DNA of 64,000 bases from Abditibacterium sp. (GCA_965199495.1 CBDASK010000003.1:1440001-1504000), one strand, 5' to 3'. Counted from the first letter of the stretch, positions 48,950 through 59,402 are shown. Made by a program: numbers and translations. The notes: generated from the sequence alone by a model not told the origin.

Positions 48950-49732
48950 ATGAAACTCGATATTCAACATTTACAAGTCCAACTCGGCGCGCGCGCGGTT
49001 TTGAACGATGTTTCGCTCGCCGTCGAAGCGGGCGAATTGTGTTGCGTCATCGGGCCGAACGGGAGCGGCAAATCAACGCTGTTGCGCGCAATTGTCGGCA
49101 TCGTCAAGGCGCAAGCGGGCGCGATTACTTGGAATGGCGCGCCTTTACCCGACGAGCGCGCGGCGCGCGCGAGATTAGTGGCGATGTTGCCGCAAAATAC
49201 GGGAAGCGGCGGCGAAATGACAATCGAAGCGATGGCGATGCTGGGGCGAACGCCGCATCTGCCGCCCTATGGAACGCCCAGCCGCGCCGACCGCGAAATT
49301 GTCGAAGCGGCCCTCGAATTGGTCGCGCCCGATTTGCGCGGGCGCTTGCTGGGCGAACTTTCGGGCGGCGAGCGGCAACGCGCGTTGTTGGGCCGCGCGC
49401 TCGCGACGCAAGCGCCGATTTTGTTGTTGGACGAACCAATTTCGGCGCTCGATATTCGTTATCAACACGAGATTTTGGCTTTAATTAAACGCTTGACGCG
49501 CGAACGCAATCTGGCGACGATTTGCGTTTTGCACGGCATTAATCTGGCGGCGCAGGTCGCCGATTCGATGTTACTTTTGGACGAGGGCGGCGCCGTGGCT
49601 GCATCGGGCGCGCCGTCGCAAGTAATGACCGAAGCCAACATGACGCGGGTTTATGAGGTGCCGCTCAAAATAGCGCCGCACCCGCAAAGCGGTAGGCCGC
49701 AGGCGCAAACGTGGTGGGATTTTGGAGGTTGA
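48950..49732 (+). CDS. BtuD/FecE family ABC ATP-binding protein
   Basis: GPNGSGKST, LSGGERQR, LLLDEP. Confidence 0.92.
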   Translation: MKLDIQHLQVQLGARAVLNDVSLAVEAGELCCVIGPNGSGKSTLLRAIVGIVKAQAGAITWNGAPLPDERAARARLVAMLPQNTGSGGEMTIEAMAMLGRTPHLPPYGTPSRADREIVEAALELVAPDLRGRLLGELSGGERQRALLGRALATQAPILLLDEPISALDIRYQHEILALIKRLTRERNLATICVLHGINLAAQVADSMLLLDEGGAVAASGAPSQVMTEANMTRVYEVPLKIAPHPQSGRPQAQTWWDFGG

Positions 49733-49755
49733 AGCAAACTATCCAACATCAACCA

Positions 49756-50661
49756 ATGCAATTCTCCAAGATTCTGCGCGCGCTCCCGCTTTTCGCTCTC
49801 CTCGCTGGATGCAGCGCGCCCCAACCAACAGCCACGGCGCCCGCCTCGAACGTTCAAAGCGCGCAGTTTCCCAACGATGATCTGAATCGGCCCGTTGATT
49901 TGAAGGCGCCCGCCAAACGCGTGATCGTGATTGGGCCGGGCGCCGTCGAGACGATGTTTGCCATCGGCGCTGGCAAGCAACTCGTCGGGCGCGATAGTTA
50001 TGAGGGCATCCCGCCCGCCGCCAAAGACGTGGCAATTGCGGGCGATTTCAAGGGGCCAAACGTTGAACAATCGGTCGCGCTGCGGCCCGATTTGATCATC
50101 GTGCAGGGCGAAACTTACGACAAAGCGCGCGTCGAAAACTGGCAAACCAAAATCGGCGTGCCCGTCGCTGCTCTGACGCCGACGACTCTCCAAATGGTGC
50201 GCGAAGATATTCTCAAAATGGGACAATGGACGGGCCAAACCGCGCAAGCACAAAAAGTCGCGGACGCTTTGAATGTGCCCGCGCCGACCAAAACTGGCGC
50301 CAAAGCGTTCATCGAAATCGAGCGCAGTCCGCTCTATTCGGCGGGGCCAGAGACGCTGGTTGGCAACGTCATCGAAGCGGCGGGTTTGAGCAACGTCGCG
50401 CGAATTAAGGGTTACGCGCCCTATAATGTGGAGAGTTTGCTGAGCGACCCGCCCGACGTTTACATCGTCACTTCTGATAAACCCAAAACGCAAGTCGTGG
50501 CGGAATTGCGAAAATCACCGGCCCTTTCTAAATTGGATTGCATCCAAAAGGGCCGCGTCATCGTCATGGATGGCGACCTGATTTTGCGGCCCAGTCCGCG
50601 ACTGAAACAGGGCATCGAAAAACTCAAGGAACAAATGGCAGGGAACAAGGGACAAGATTAG
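49756..50661 (+). CDS. BtuF-like substrate-binding lipoprotein
   Basis: LAGC lipobox, PAKRVI, PNVE...PDLII, RPSPR. Confidence 0.88.
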   Translation: MQFSKILRALPLFALLAGCSAPQPTATAPASNVQSAQFPNDDLNRPVDLKAPAKRVIVIGPGAVETMFAIGAGKQLVGRDSYEGIPPAAKDVAIAGDFKGPNVEQSVALRPDLIIVQGETYDKARVENWQTKIGVPVAALTPTTLQMVREDILKMGQWTGQTAQAQKVADALNVPAPTKTGAKAFIEIERSPLYSAGPETLVGNVIEAAGLSNVARIKGYAPYNVESLLSDPPDVYIVTSDKPKTQVVAELRKSPALSKLDCIQKGRVIVMDGDLILRPSPRLKQGIEKLKEQMAGNKGQD

Positions 50662-50736
50662 GAACGCGAAAGTCCACTCACTTTCGCTCACCATCCTTGT
50701 CCCCTGTTTCTTGCTCCTTGTCCCTTACAAATTATT

Positions 50737-52605
50737 ATGTGTGGAATTGTTGGATACACCGGAGCGCAACAGGCCGCTCCCATTTTGACGCAAGGGCTGA
50801 GCAAGCTCGAATATCGCGGCTACGATTCGGCGGGGATCGCCGTCGCGCAGAATAGCGGCGTTGACCAAATCGAAATGCGCCGCGCGCTGGGCAAACTCGA
50901 AAACCTCAAGTCGTCGCTACGCAGTTCGCCCCTGAACGGTCACGCGGGCATCGGCCACACGCGCTGGGCCACGCACGGCGTGCCGTCCGAAATCAACTCG
51001 CATCCGCACGCCGATAATTCGGGACAGGTTTATGTCGTTCACAACGGCATCATCGAAAATTATGCGGCTCTGCGCGCCGAACTCGAAAGCGAAGGCATCA
51101 CCTTTCATTCGCAAACCGATACCGAAGTTTTGCCCAACCTCATCAATCGCGAATACGCGAAAAACGGCGGCAATTTTCCCGGCGCCGTGCGCGACGCGTT
51201 GAAGACCGTGCGCGGCGCTTATGCGCTCGCGGTTTTGCATCGCGAGCATCCCGATACCTTAGTCGCGGTGCGCCAGACGGCGCCGTTGGTCGTGGGACGC
51301 AGCCACGGCGAGAACTTCGTGGCGTCCGATCCGCTCGCGATTTTGCAATGGACGCGCGAAATTCTGTTTTTGGATGACCGCCAAATGGCCGTCGTCACGC
51401 CCGATTCCATCGAAATTCGCGATTTGCAAAGCGGGAAAGTCGTGGACAAAGATTTCGAGACCATCGAGTGGAGCGCCGAAAGTTCGGAAAAAGGCAATTA
51501 TCCGCACTATATGCTCAAGGAAATCCATGAGCAACCCGAAGTCATTGGTCGGCTTTTGCACCATTACGCGCCCGACGGCAAGACGATTCAATTCGAGCAT
51601 CTCGGCCTGACCGCCGACGATTTGCGCGGCGTGCGCCGCATTTTCATTCAAGCGTGCGGCACGTCTTGGCACGCGGGCTTGATTGGCAAATTATTGATCG
51701 AGCGTTTGGGCCTGATTTCGGTGGATGTGGATACCAGTTCGGAGTTTCGCTATCGCAACGTGGCGGCTCACACGCAGGGCGCGATTTTAGGCGAAGACAC
51801 GCTGGTTTTGGCGATTTCGCAATCGGGCGAAACCGCCGACACTTTGGCGGGCGTGCAAGAGGCGCGCGAGCGCGGCCTGAAAGTCATTTCCATCGTCAAT
51901 ATGCCCGCGAGTTCGATTGTGCGCGCGAGCGATGGCGTGATTTACACGCAGGCCGGGCCGGAAATTTCGGTCGCCTCGACCAAAGCCTACATCGGACAAA
52001 TCGGCGCGCTGTATTTATTTTCGCTTTATCTGGGCCAAATTCTCGGTCAAGTGGACGAAGCGCGGATGGAACGTCGTCTGAGCAAATTGGCCGAACTGCC
52101 GCAGTTGATGCGCCAAATTTTGGCCGACACGTCGGAGATAGAGCGCGTCGCCAACCGGTTTTGGGCGTGCCAACACGCGCTGTTTATCGGTCGCAATTTC
52201 GGCACGCCGTCGGCATTGGAAGGCGCGCTGAAGTTGAAAGAAATTTCCTACATCCACGCCGAAGGCTATTCGGCGGGCGAACTCAAGCACGGGCCTTTGG
52301 CGCTCATTGACGAATTGATGCCGGTTTTTGCTATCGCGACGCAGGGCGTGACTTACGAGAAAATTCTGAGCAACATGCAGGAAGTCCGCGCGCGCAAAGG
52401 CAAGTTGGTCGCGATTGCCGGGCAACTCGACCAAGAAATCGAAACGCAAGCCGACTACGTGTTGCGCGTGCCGGAACTGACGGAAAGTTTCACGCCGTTC
52501 GTCGTGGCGTTACCGCTACAATTGTTGGCTTATCACATCGCGGTTACGCGCGGCTACGATGTCGATCAGCCGCGCAATCTGGCCAAGAGCGTGACGGTAG
52601 AATAA
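50737..52605 (+). CDS. glmS: Glutamine--fructose-6-phosphate aminotransferase
   Basis: MCGIVG, LEYRGYDSAG, HTRWATHG, SQSGETADT, PRNLAKSVTVE. Confidence 0.97.
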   Translation: MCGIVGYTGAQQAAPILTQGLSKLEYRGYDSAGIAVAQNSGVDQIEMRRALGKLENLKSSLRSSPLNGHAGIGHTRWATHGVPSEINSHPHADNSGQVYVVHNGIIENYAALRAELESEGITFHSQTDTEVLPNLINREYAKNGGNFPGAVRDALKTVRGAYALAVLHREHPDTLVAVRQTAPLVVGRSHGENFVASDPLAILQWTREILFLDDRQMAVVTPDSIEIRDLQSGKVVDKDFETIEWSAESSEKGNYPHYMLKEIHEQPEVIGRLLHHYAPDGKTIQFEHLGLTADDLRGVRRIFIQACGTSWHAGLIGKLLIERLGLISVDVDTSSEFRYRNVAAHTQGAILGEDTLVLAISQSGETADTLAGVQEARERGLKVISIVNMPASSIVRASDGVIYTQAGPEISVASTKAYIGQIGALYLFSLYLGQILGQVDEARMERRLSKLAELPQLMRQILADTSEIERVANRFWACQHALFIGRNFGTPSALEGALKLKEISYIHAEGYSAGELKHGPLALIDELMPVFAIATQGVTYEKILSNMQEVRARKGKLVAIAGQLDQEIETQADYVLRVPELTESFTPFVVALPLQLLAYHIAVTRGYDVDQPRNLAKSVTVE

Positions 52606-52620
52606 ATTTCGGCGAGATAA

Positions 52621-52659
52621 AACGAACCCCGGCGCAAGTAATTTGCGCCGGGGTTCGTT
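52621..52659 (+). terminator. Hairpin/terminator after glmS
   Basis: aacgaaccccggcgcaa-gtaat-ttgcgccggggttcgtt; weak U-tract. Confidence 0.65.
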
Positions 52660-52714
52660 CATTGACATATCCGCTTAAATTCGCCGTCTCACGCTCGACA
52701 ATTACACTGTCCGC

Positions 52715-54214
52715 ATGGTTAATTTCCCCACGCGCGCCGTTTCGCTCGCGCTGTTCACAACTTTAATCGGCGCCGTGTCCGCGCAATCGCAACCGAATTT
52801 ACCGTCCATCGCGCACCTGAGAAACGATGGCGCGCCGCAAATTCATAGCGCACGCGTGGTAGGAGCCACGCCGGGCGCGCCGTTTCTGTTTGGGGTTGCG
52901 GCGACGGGCGACGAACCGTTGCTTTATCAAACGCAAGATTTGCCGCCCGGCCTGATTTTGGACGCCAAAACCGGCGTGATTCGCGGCACGTTGCTCTACG
53001 CGGGCGCGACGACAGTGCGACTGCGCGTCAGCAACGCGTTGGGCGAAACGACGCGAAATTTGACGATTATTGGCGGGCGACATCTGCTGGCGCAGACGCC
53101 GCCGATGGGCTGGAACTCGTGGAACGCTTACGGTTGCGGCGTGACCGGCGCGCGCGTGCGCGCCGCCGCCGATGATTTGGTCAAGTCGGGATTGGCCCGG
53201 CGTGGCTACGGGTTCGTGACGGTTGACGATTGCTGGCAAGGCGCGCGCGGCTCTGACGGAGTTTTGCGCGCGAATAATAAGTTCGGCGACATGAAAGAGT
53301 TGGGCGACGATATTCACGCGCGCGGTTTGAAGTTTGGGATTTACTCGGCGCCTTCGGCTTTGACCTGCGCCGGATTTACTGGCAGTTTCGGCCACGAAAT
53401 TGGGGACGCCCAAACCTTTGCCAATTGGGGCGTGGATTATCTTAAATACGATTATTGTTCGTATGACAAAGTCAAGCGCACGCCGGGGCGCGCGGGCATT
53501 ATCGAACCGTTCGCACTGATGCGGCGCGCACTCGATGCTTCGGGGCGCGACATCGTTTATAGCATCAGCCACTACGGGCGCGACGAAGATTGGACATGGG
53601 CTGGATTCGCGCCGGTGCAGGCGAATTTGTGGCGCACTTCGCGCGATCTCAAGGGAAATTACAATTCGATGGCGCGCATCGGTTTCGGACAAAACGGCTT
53701 ATATAATTACGCCGCGTCGGGCCGATGGAACGATCCCGATATGCTCTATTTGCACAAATTAAAACCGCAGGAACAACTGACGCAAATGACGCTGTGGAGT
53801 TTGTTGGCCGCTCCGTTATTTATCGGCAGCGATATTAGTCAACTCTCGCCGTTCACGCTCGATGTTTTGGGCAATTCGGAAGTTATCGAAGTGGATCAAG
53901 ACCCACTGGGCATCGGCGCGCGGCGCGTGAGCAAAGTCGGCGAAACCGAAGTTTGGGCGCGTCCGTTGTGGGACGGAACGGTCGCTGTTGGCCTGTTTAA
54001 TCGCGGAAAAAACGCGACGAAAGTTGAGGTTAATTGGAACGAAATCGGTTTGAGCGGGCAACAACCGGTGCGCGATTTGTGGCGACAACGTGATCTGGGC
54101 GCGGTGGAGAATTACGCGACGCAAGTGCCATCGCATGGCGCGATATTGGTGAAAGTTGGGACGCCCAATGCGGGCGATTATGTGCCGAATTGGATGGAAT
54201 CACCGGACAATTAA
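52715..54214 (+). CDS. Alpha-galactosidase (GH27) with N-terminal Ig-like domain
   Basis: TPPMGWNSWN, VDDCWQ, GLKFGIY, WGVDYLKYDYC, WNDPDML. Confidence 0.92.
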   Translation: MVNFPTRAVSLALFTTLIGAVSAQSQPNLPSIAHLRNDGAPQIHSARVVGATPGAPFLFGVAATGDEPLLYQTQDLPPGLILDAKTGVIRGTLLYAGATTVRLRVSNALGETTRNLTIIGGRHLLAQTPPMGWNSWNAYGCGVTGARVRAAADDLVKSGLARRGYGFVTVDDCWQGARGSDGVLRANNKFGDMKELGDDIHARGLKFGIYSAPSALTCAGFTGSFGHEIGDAQTFANWGVDYLKYDYCSYDKVKRTPGRAGIIEPFALMRRALDASGRDIVYSISHYGRDEDWTWAGFAPVQANLWRTSRDLKGNYNSMARIGFGQNGLYNYAASGRWNDPDMLYLHKLKPQEQLTQMTLWSLLAAPLFIGSDISQLSPFTLDVLGNSEVIEVDQDPLGIGARRVSKVGETEVWARPLWDGTVAVGLFNRGKNATKVEVNWNEIGLSGQQPVRDLWRQRDLGAVENYATQVPSHGAILVKVGTPNAGDYVPNWMESPDN

Positions 54215-54267
54215 AATTTTCTGAAATGTCCACTGGCGGATCAGAAAGCAGTGACATTCAGAAACTC

Positions 54268-54316
54268 AAAACATAAAAAAGCATCGTCCCAAACGGACGA
54301 TGCTTTTTTATGTTTT
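54268..54316. terminator. Bidirectional intrinsic terminator
   Basis: aaaacataaaaaagcatcgtcc-caaac-ggacgatgcttttttatgtttt. Confidence 0.85.
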
Positions 54317-54325
54317 CCACAAAAC

Positions 54326-54958
54326 TCAAGTTCCGATGCGTCCGCCCGGTTTTTTGTTGAGCACGACGAAACCGATGGCGGCCAAAATCGCGCCCACTAA
54401 AATACCGGGAACTAATCCGTGTAGTAGCAGATAACCGACGATAAAGCCCAACACGAAACCGCCGATGCCGCCGAAAATTGGCATCATGCCGTTGCCAGCG
54501 GGCGCCGACGGGCGCGGCGTCGAAGCAGCCACCGGCGGCGCGGGCGCCTTGATAACGCGCGGACGCGCAGGCACCTCTTGCTTGTCCTGCACGCCGAGCA
54601 GACTGGTTTTGTCGGCATCCGATTCGGCGGTGCCCAACAAATCGTTCATGAAAGTCTCGAAATCTACATCGGCGGTGCCCTGACGCGCCGCCGCCAAATA
54701 GGCGTCGTAGCGCGCGCGTTTGGGGTCTTCCAGCAGAGCAATGCGGGCGGCGGGCAACAGTTCCAACAAAGCCTGAAATTCGCGACGTTTGTTCAAGTTG
54801 CGATGATCGCGATTGGCCGAAGCGTAATTATAAAGCGCGCCGATTTTCGAGCGCAACGCTTCGGCATCGGCGTCGGGCGATTCTTCCAGCAACGTATAAA
54901 AATCTATGGTGCCGTTTTCCAATTGCGAGTCAGCCAGGTGATAGGTGATGTCTGCCAT
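54326..54958 (-). CDS. J-domain-like protein (no HPD) with two C-terminal TM helices
   Basis: DFYTLL..SPDA...LEDPKRARYD matches J-domain ends; Pro-rich linker; hydrophobic hairpin. Confidence 0.7.
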   Translation of the reverse strand: MADITYHLADSQLENGTIDFYTLLEESPDADAEALRSKIGALYNYASANRDHRNLNKRREFQALLELLPAARIALLEDPKRARYDAYLAAARQGTADVDFETFMNDLLGTAESDADKTSLLGVQDKQEVPARPRVIKAPAPPVAASTPRPSAPAGNGMMPIFGGIGGFVLGFIVGYLLLHGLVPGILVGAILAAIGFVVLNKKPGGRIGT

Positions 54959-54998
54959 GTTAATTTGGGTTGGGTAAATTACTTTACAACAAAGCGCC

Positions 54999-56534
54999 TC
55001 AAGAAATAATCGCCTGCGACAGCAACAACGCTTCTTCTTCGACTTCGGAATCTTCGCGCTCGCCGGTCAGCGAAATCAAGACGCGGCTTTCGCGTCCCGT
55101 ATCCGAATCGCGCGCGACCGCGATGATGCGCCCGTTTTCGTCGCAGCGAAACTCAACCGCGATGTTGGGCCGTCCCGCCGGACGCGCGGGCGTCGTATCC
55201 AGGTTAAACACGCCGATTGGCCCGTTGGGATAGGCTTCGGGATCGCGCGATTCGCCCTCGTAAATGCGCACCTGCACGCGTTCTTGGCCATCGAGCGTCG
55301 TCGTGTAGCCGCCGCGCGTCTGCGAACACGGCAAAGGCGAAAGCGCCGGAATAATATGATCAATTTGCGTGTGCCCGCCCTTGACAGTCGCCACACCCAA
55401 GCTGTGCGCCAAAACGTGGCCGACGTTGACTTCTTCGACGGTTTCGTCTTTGGTCAACAACGCCGCTTGCAGCGCGGCGCCTTTGGCGACGCATTCGTCG
55501 GGATCGTGCAACAGCGGGCGGCGGCCCGACAGGCGCGTCAACATTTCGCGCACCATCGGCATACGGCTCGAACCGCCCACGCACAGCGTTTCGGAAATAT
55601 CGTCCCAACCCAAACCCGACTGTTGCATCACGTTTTCCAGCAACAATTCGGTGCGCGACAGCAAATCCGCGCACATCTCCTCGAACTTTTCGCGCGTCAA
55701 TTCGACGCGAACCGGGATATAGGTTTCCATCGTGCCACCGCCGGTGGCTACGCTGCGCTTGGCCTTGAAGGTAATCGGCACCGCTGGGCGTCCGGTCAAC
55801 TGGCGTTTGGCGGCTTCGGCTTTGAGGCGCAGTTCCGCTTCGAGCGATGGGTCGGGTTCGAGTTCGTAGCCGAACTTCTGTTGCAACTCGTCCTCGATGA
55901 AGTTCATGATGCGGTCATCCCAATCTTTGCCGCCCAGATGAGGGTCGCCGCCCACGCCCAACACGTTCAAATTATCGTTGTCAATCGCCAAAATCGTCAC
56001 GTCGAAAGTGCCGCCGCCCAAATCGTAAACCATGATATTGCGGGGCCGACCGCGCCGCGAAATGCCATAACTCAAGGCCGCCGCCGTCGGTTCGTTGATG
56101 ATGCGCAATACATTTAAACCGGCCAGAGCGCCCGCTTCGTAGGTCGCGTGGCGCTGCGATTCGGTGAAGTAAGCCGGAACCGTGATGACGGCTTGGGTGA
56201 TGGTTTCGCCCAGCGTGTCTTCGGCCTCCTGAACGACTTTGCGCAGGATGACCGACGAAATGAATTCGGGTGAAAACGCTTGTCCGTCCACCATGACGCG
56301 GTAATCAGCCACGCCCATGAAGCGTTTGACGAACTGCACCACGCGCGATGGATCGGTCATCGTTGATTGCAACGCGACTTCGCCCACCACGTAATTGGGC
56401 GGGTCAACGAAGACGACCGAGGGCGTCGTCGTCTGTCCATCCGAGTTTTTGATCACCATTGGCTTGCCGTATTCGTCAACGCAAGCCACTGCGGTGTATG
56501 TCGTTCCGAGGTCAATTCCTATTGCGCGAGACAA
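54999..56534 (-). CDS. Hsp70/DnaK-like protein (short, lid-less)
   Basis: GIDLGTT, TVPAYF, INEPTAAA, DLGGGTFD, VGGSSRMP; 511 aa; AGGAG before TTG start. Confidence 0.92.
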   Translation of the reverse strand: MSRAIGIDLGTTYTAVACVDEYGKPMVIKNSDGQTTTPSVVFVDPPNYVVGEVALQSTMTDPSRVVQFVKRFMGVADYRVMVDGQAFSPEFISSVILRKVVQEAEDTLGETITQAVITVPAYFTESQRHATYEAGALAGLNVLRIINEPTAAALSYGISRRGRPRNIMVYDLGGGTFDVTILAIDNDNLNVLGVGGDPHLGGKDWDDRIMNFIEDELQQKFGYELEPDPSLEAELRLKAEAAKRQLTGRPAVPITFKAKRSVATGGGTMETYIPVRVELTREKFEEMCADLLSRTELLLENVMQQSGLGWDDISETLCVGGSSRMPMVREMLTRLSGRRPLLHDPDECVAKGAALQAALLTKDETVEEVNVGHVLAHSLGVATVKGGHTQIDHIIPALSPLPCSQTRGGYTTTLDGQERVQVRIYEGESRDPEAYPNGPIGVFNLDTTPARPAGRPNIAVEFRCDENGRIIAVARDSDTGRESRVLISLTGEREDSEVEEEALLLSQAIIS

Positions 56535-56685
56535 GGTCTGCTCCTGTTAATTGGGGACGCGAGGCGTCTGCGCCTCGCGTTCTGATTGGGTCAAAAGGCT
56601 CATTTTCCATCGAAATGAAGCCAGAAGAGTTAGCTTTACGGTTACTTGAAAAGAATCGGCCAAATCAGCCGATTTTCAAGAAAAA

Positions 56686-57519
56686 TTATTTGGTTTTCCC
56701 GTTATCGCCGGGCGACGTTTTGGTGGGCGCGCGGAATTTGCCGACTACAACTTCGGCGGGCCGCAGCAACTGTCCGTTAAGAAACCAGCCGCTACGCACC
56801 ACACGCACAATCGTGCCGTCTTTTTCGCGGTCAACTGGCATCACGTCAACGGCTTTGTGGAACTTGGAGTTGAACGCGCCGCGCGGCGCTTCCATGATGG
56901 TGACTTCGCACACTTGCAGCGCCTCGACCAACTGATCGCGGAAATATTCGACGTTCTCGCGCACCACAAACGCCGCCAAGGTGCCCGGCGTGGCTGTTGG
57001 ATTGGGCGCGGCATCTTGGGTCATCGCGACTTCGGTATCGAACTGCTCGATGGAATCGAACAGAAACAATAGCGGGCGCACAACCGGCTTGAGATGCTCG
57101 TAGAGAAAATCATTTTTGTAATCCGACAACTCGGAGTGCAGCGTGTCGAAAACGCGTTCTAAAGAACTTTCGCGCTCGTTGACCTGCGTGACCTGCTGCG
57201 CCAAACGCTCGATTTCGTCGCGCAACCCAGACAGTTCCGCCGCCACAACGCTCGACCGCGCGGGCGCGCCCGGTTGCCCGACTTGAGCGGGCGCGTCCGT
57301 GTGTGCCGCATCTGCGGGCTGAACTTGCGCTTGCATTGCAATTGCTTCGTCACGCGCCTCTGGGCCGGAGTTATCGGCGCTATCGGCGCTGTGAGTAAAG
57401 AATTTGGGCAAGCGAAAAACCGACGCGGAACCGCTACCCGCGTTGGGAATTTCGGTCGCTTCAGTTTCGCGCCCTTTGCCCTTTTGCGGGGCAACCGGTG
57501 TCTTATTAGAATCAGCCAT
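56686..57519 (-). CDS. grpE: GrpE-like nucleotide exchange factor
   Basis: Coiled coil; FNSKFHKAV, VVRSGW...LLRPAEVVV. Confidence 0.85.
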   Translation of the reverse strand: MADSNKTPVAPQKGKGRETEATEIPNAGSGSASVFRLPKFFTHSADSADNSGPEARDEAIAMQAQVQPADAAHTDAPAQVGQPGAPARSSVVAAELSGLRDEIERLAQQVTQVNERESSLERVFDTLHSELSDYKNDFLYEHLKPVVRPLLFLFDSIEQFDTEVAMTQDAAPNPTATPGTLAAFVVRENVEYFRDQLVEALQVCEVTIMEAPRGAFNSKFHKAVDVMPVDREKDGTIVRVVRSGWFLNGQLLRPAEVVVGKFRAPTKTSPGDNGKTK

Positions 57520-57671
57520 AACAAGTTAAAAATTGAAATCTGCCGCCGAACATCAAAAGCCGCAGCAAGAAACTACGACTTACTTATCAGCAACATTCTT
57601 TCCTTGTGAACTTTACGGCTTAAGTTTGCATCAATTGAAGCGCCATCATGAAAATCGCGCGTGCAAACGCC

Positions 57672-58514
57672 TTATTTTCGAGGGCGCGCGCTTTCCAATT
57701 CGCGAATTTTGCAATAAATCTGCGTGAAATAGTTCATTTTAAGCAACGCGAAAGTCAATCCTCGCACGCCGTCGAAAATACCGCCCATCGCGAAATAGGC
57801 GCCGATAAAATAAATTAAGCCCGAAAGTGGCGATTCCAAAATGCGATACTTAACTTTCTGTTTGGCCGTCATTTTTGCCGCGAAATTCGGATCGTTTTTC
57901 GATTGAATATAACGGTGCGCTTCCCACGACGAATATTCGTTGTGCTTGGTGACGTAGTAGGAAACACCGCGAAAATCGCGATGATCAATGCGTGATTTAA
58001 TCGCGCCGACTTCGCCATCCAAAATCGGATGCTCGTGAATTTCCATGTCGAGCGCGCTCCAACGTTGCTCGTCAATGCGCTCGTATTCGCCCGCGCCAAC
58101 GCGGAAAAGTGCAAGCTTATCTAACGGATAACCATGGCGCAGTCGTTTGCCCAAAAAATAAATCGAGTAAGCCAACCAGTAACCGGCTTTGTCGGAATTG
58201 GACAAAACGTGACGCACTTCGGTTTTCCATTGCGCAGTTAAAAATTCGTCGGCGTCGAGAAATAAAACCCATTTCGTCTGCGGCGTATGATTGCGCAAAT
58301 ACCAGTTGCGCTTTTTGGGAAATTGCCCGTTCCACCTAAAATCAATGATTTGCGCGCCATGCGCACGCGCGATTTCGGCGGTTTGATCTTCGCTGCTTGA
58401 ATCCACAATAACGATATGTTTGGCGAAATCCCGCCCGATGGCTTGGAGACACGCAGCCAAATTGCGTTCTTCGTTTTTGGCTGGGATCACGATAGTTAAA
58501 TCGATTGGCTGCAT
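57672..58514 (-). CDS. Glycosyltransferase family 2
   Basis: IVIPAKNEE, VDSSSED, LFLDADE, IHEH. Confidence 0.9.
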   Translation of the reverse strand: MQPIDLTIVIPAKNEERNLAACLQAIGRDFAKHIVIVDSSSEDQTAEIARAHGAQIIDFRWNGQFPKKRNWYLRNHTPQTKWVLFLDADEFLTAQWKTEVRHVLSNSDKAGYWLAYSIYFLGKRLRHGYPLDKLALFRVGAGEYERIDEQRWSALDMEIHEHPILDGEVGAIKSRIDHRDFRGVSYYVTKHNEYSSWEAHRYIQSKNDPNFAAKMTAKQKVKYRILESPLSGLIYFIGAYFAMGGIFDGVRGLTFALLKMNYFTQIYCKIRELESARPRK

Positions 58515-58523
58515 AAATAGAAG

Positions 58524-58561
58524 AAAAAGCGCGCCAGAATTTCGATTTCTGACGCGCTTTT
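58524..58561 (-). terminator. Intrinsic terminator of the pilin-like gene pair
   Basis: aaaaagcgcgccagaa...ttctgacgcgctttt. Confidence 0.65.
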
Positions 58562-58583
58562 AAGTATAGTTGTTAGTTGAGAT

Positions 58584-59402
58584 TTACGGCTTACCGGTGC
58601 CGTTAAACAGTTCGTTGCTCGTCAAATCGGCGTCTTGGTCAATATCGCCCAGATGATTGGCGCGCAGAGTTGCGGCGGGCGTTTTGAGATAGCCAACTTT
58701 ACCGATACGATAAATAGGGCGCATTAACTGAACGTGGCCGTCGCAAAATAAGACGTTGCCTTTGTCTTCATGGCGTGCGTGAAAATTGGGATAATCGCTC
58801 GAAGGCTTCGATAGATAAGTCGAAGGCCGCAATCGCCCGTTCCTGTTGAGTTGCGCCGCGTCGGCAAACGCGACGGTGCGCGCCGCGTTTTGAATCGAAC
58901 TCAATTTCACCGGACGCGGCGTTGGCGCGAACGCGGGCGCTGGCCCATAACGCGTCGGCGAAAGCGTGCCCGCATTGTAGCCGTAGGAGGCGAGGCCCAA
59001 CTCGCCGCCCTTTACAGTTGCAAAAGCGGGACAACTGTAAGATTTGCCGCTCGTCAAATAAGGTCGCAGCAAACTTTGCGAGGCGTCGTATTTATCGGCT
59101 TCTTGACTGCCCCACCAATAACGAGTCGAAGTGACGGACAACGAAGCGGCGCCCGTTGGAGCGACGCACAAATCGCAGGGTGCGTCTTGCGAAAAGCGCA
59201 TTAGCGTGTTGTCGGAGTCGCGCGCGTATTGCAGCCACGCCAACCCGATCTCGTGCAGATTCGATTGACAGTTGGTGCGACTGGCGTTTTGCCGCGCGCG
59301 TAAAAATGGGGGAAACGTGATCGCCGATAAAACGGAGAATGCGGCGAACACGAAAATGAGTTCGGAGGGCGCGAACGCCGCGTGGGGGTTGCGAGATTTC
59401 AT
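58584..59402 (-). CDS. DUF1559-type pilin-like protein with degenerate N-terminal helix
   Basis: AFAPSELIFVF...[30 protein letters not shown]; paralog of neighbour. Confidence 0.82.
   Translation of the reverse strand: MKSRNPHAAFAPSELIFVFAAFSVLSAITFPPFLRARQNASRTNCQSNLHEIGLAWLQYARDSDNTLMRFSQDAPCDLCVAPTGAASLSVTSTRYWWGSQEADKYDASQSLLRPYLTSGKSYSCPAFATVKGGELGLASYGYNAGTLSPTRYGPAPAFAPTPRPVKLSSIQNAARTVAFADAAQLNRNGRLRPSTYLSKPSSDYPNFHARHEDKGNVLFCDGHVQLMRPIYRIGKVGYLKTPAATLRANHLGDIDQDADLTSNELFNGTGKP

Noticed and set aside
50636..50736. Possible glmS ribozyme upstream of glmS
   Set aside because: The gap is only 75 nt and holds gggacaag/cttgtccc inverted repeats, without a recognisable ribozyme core.
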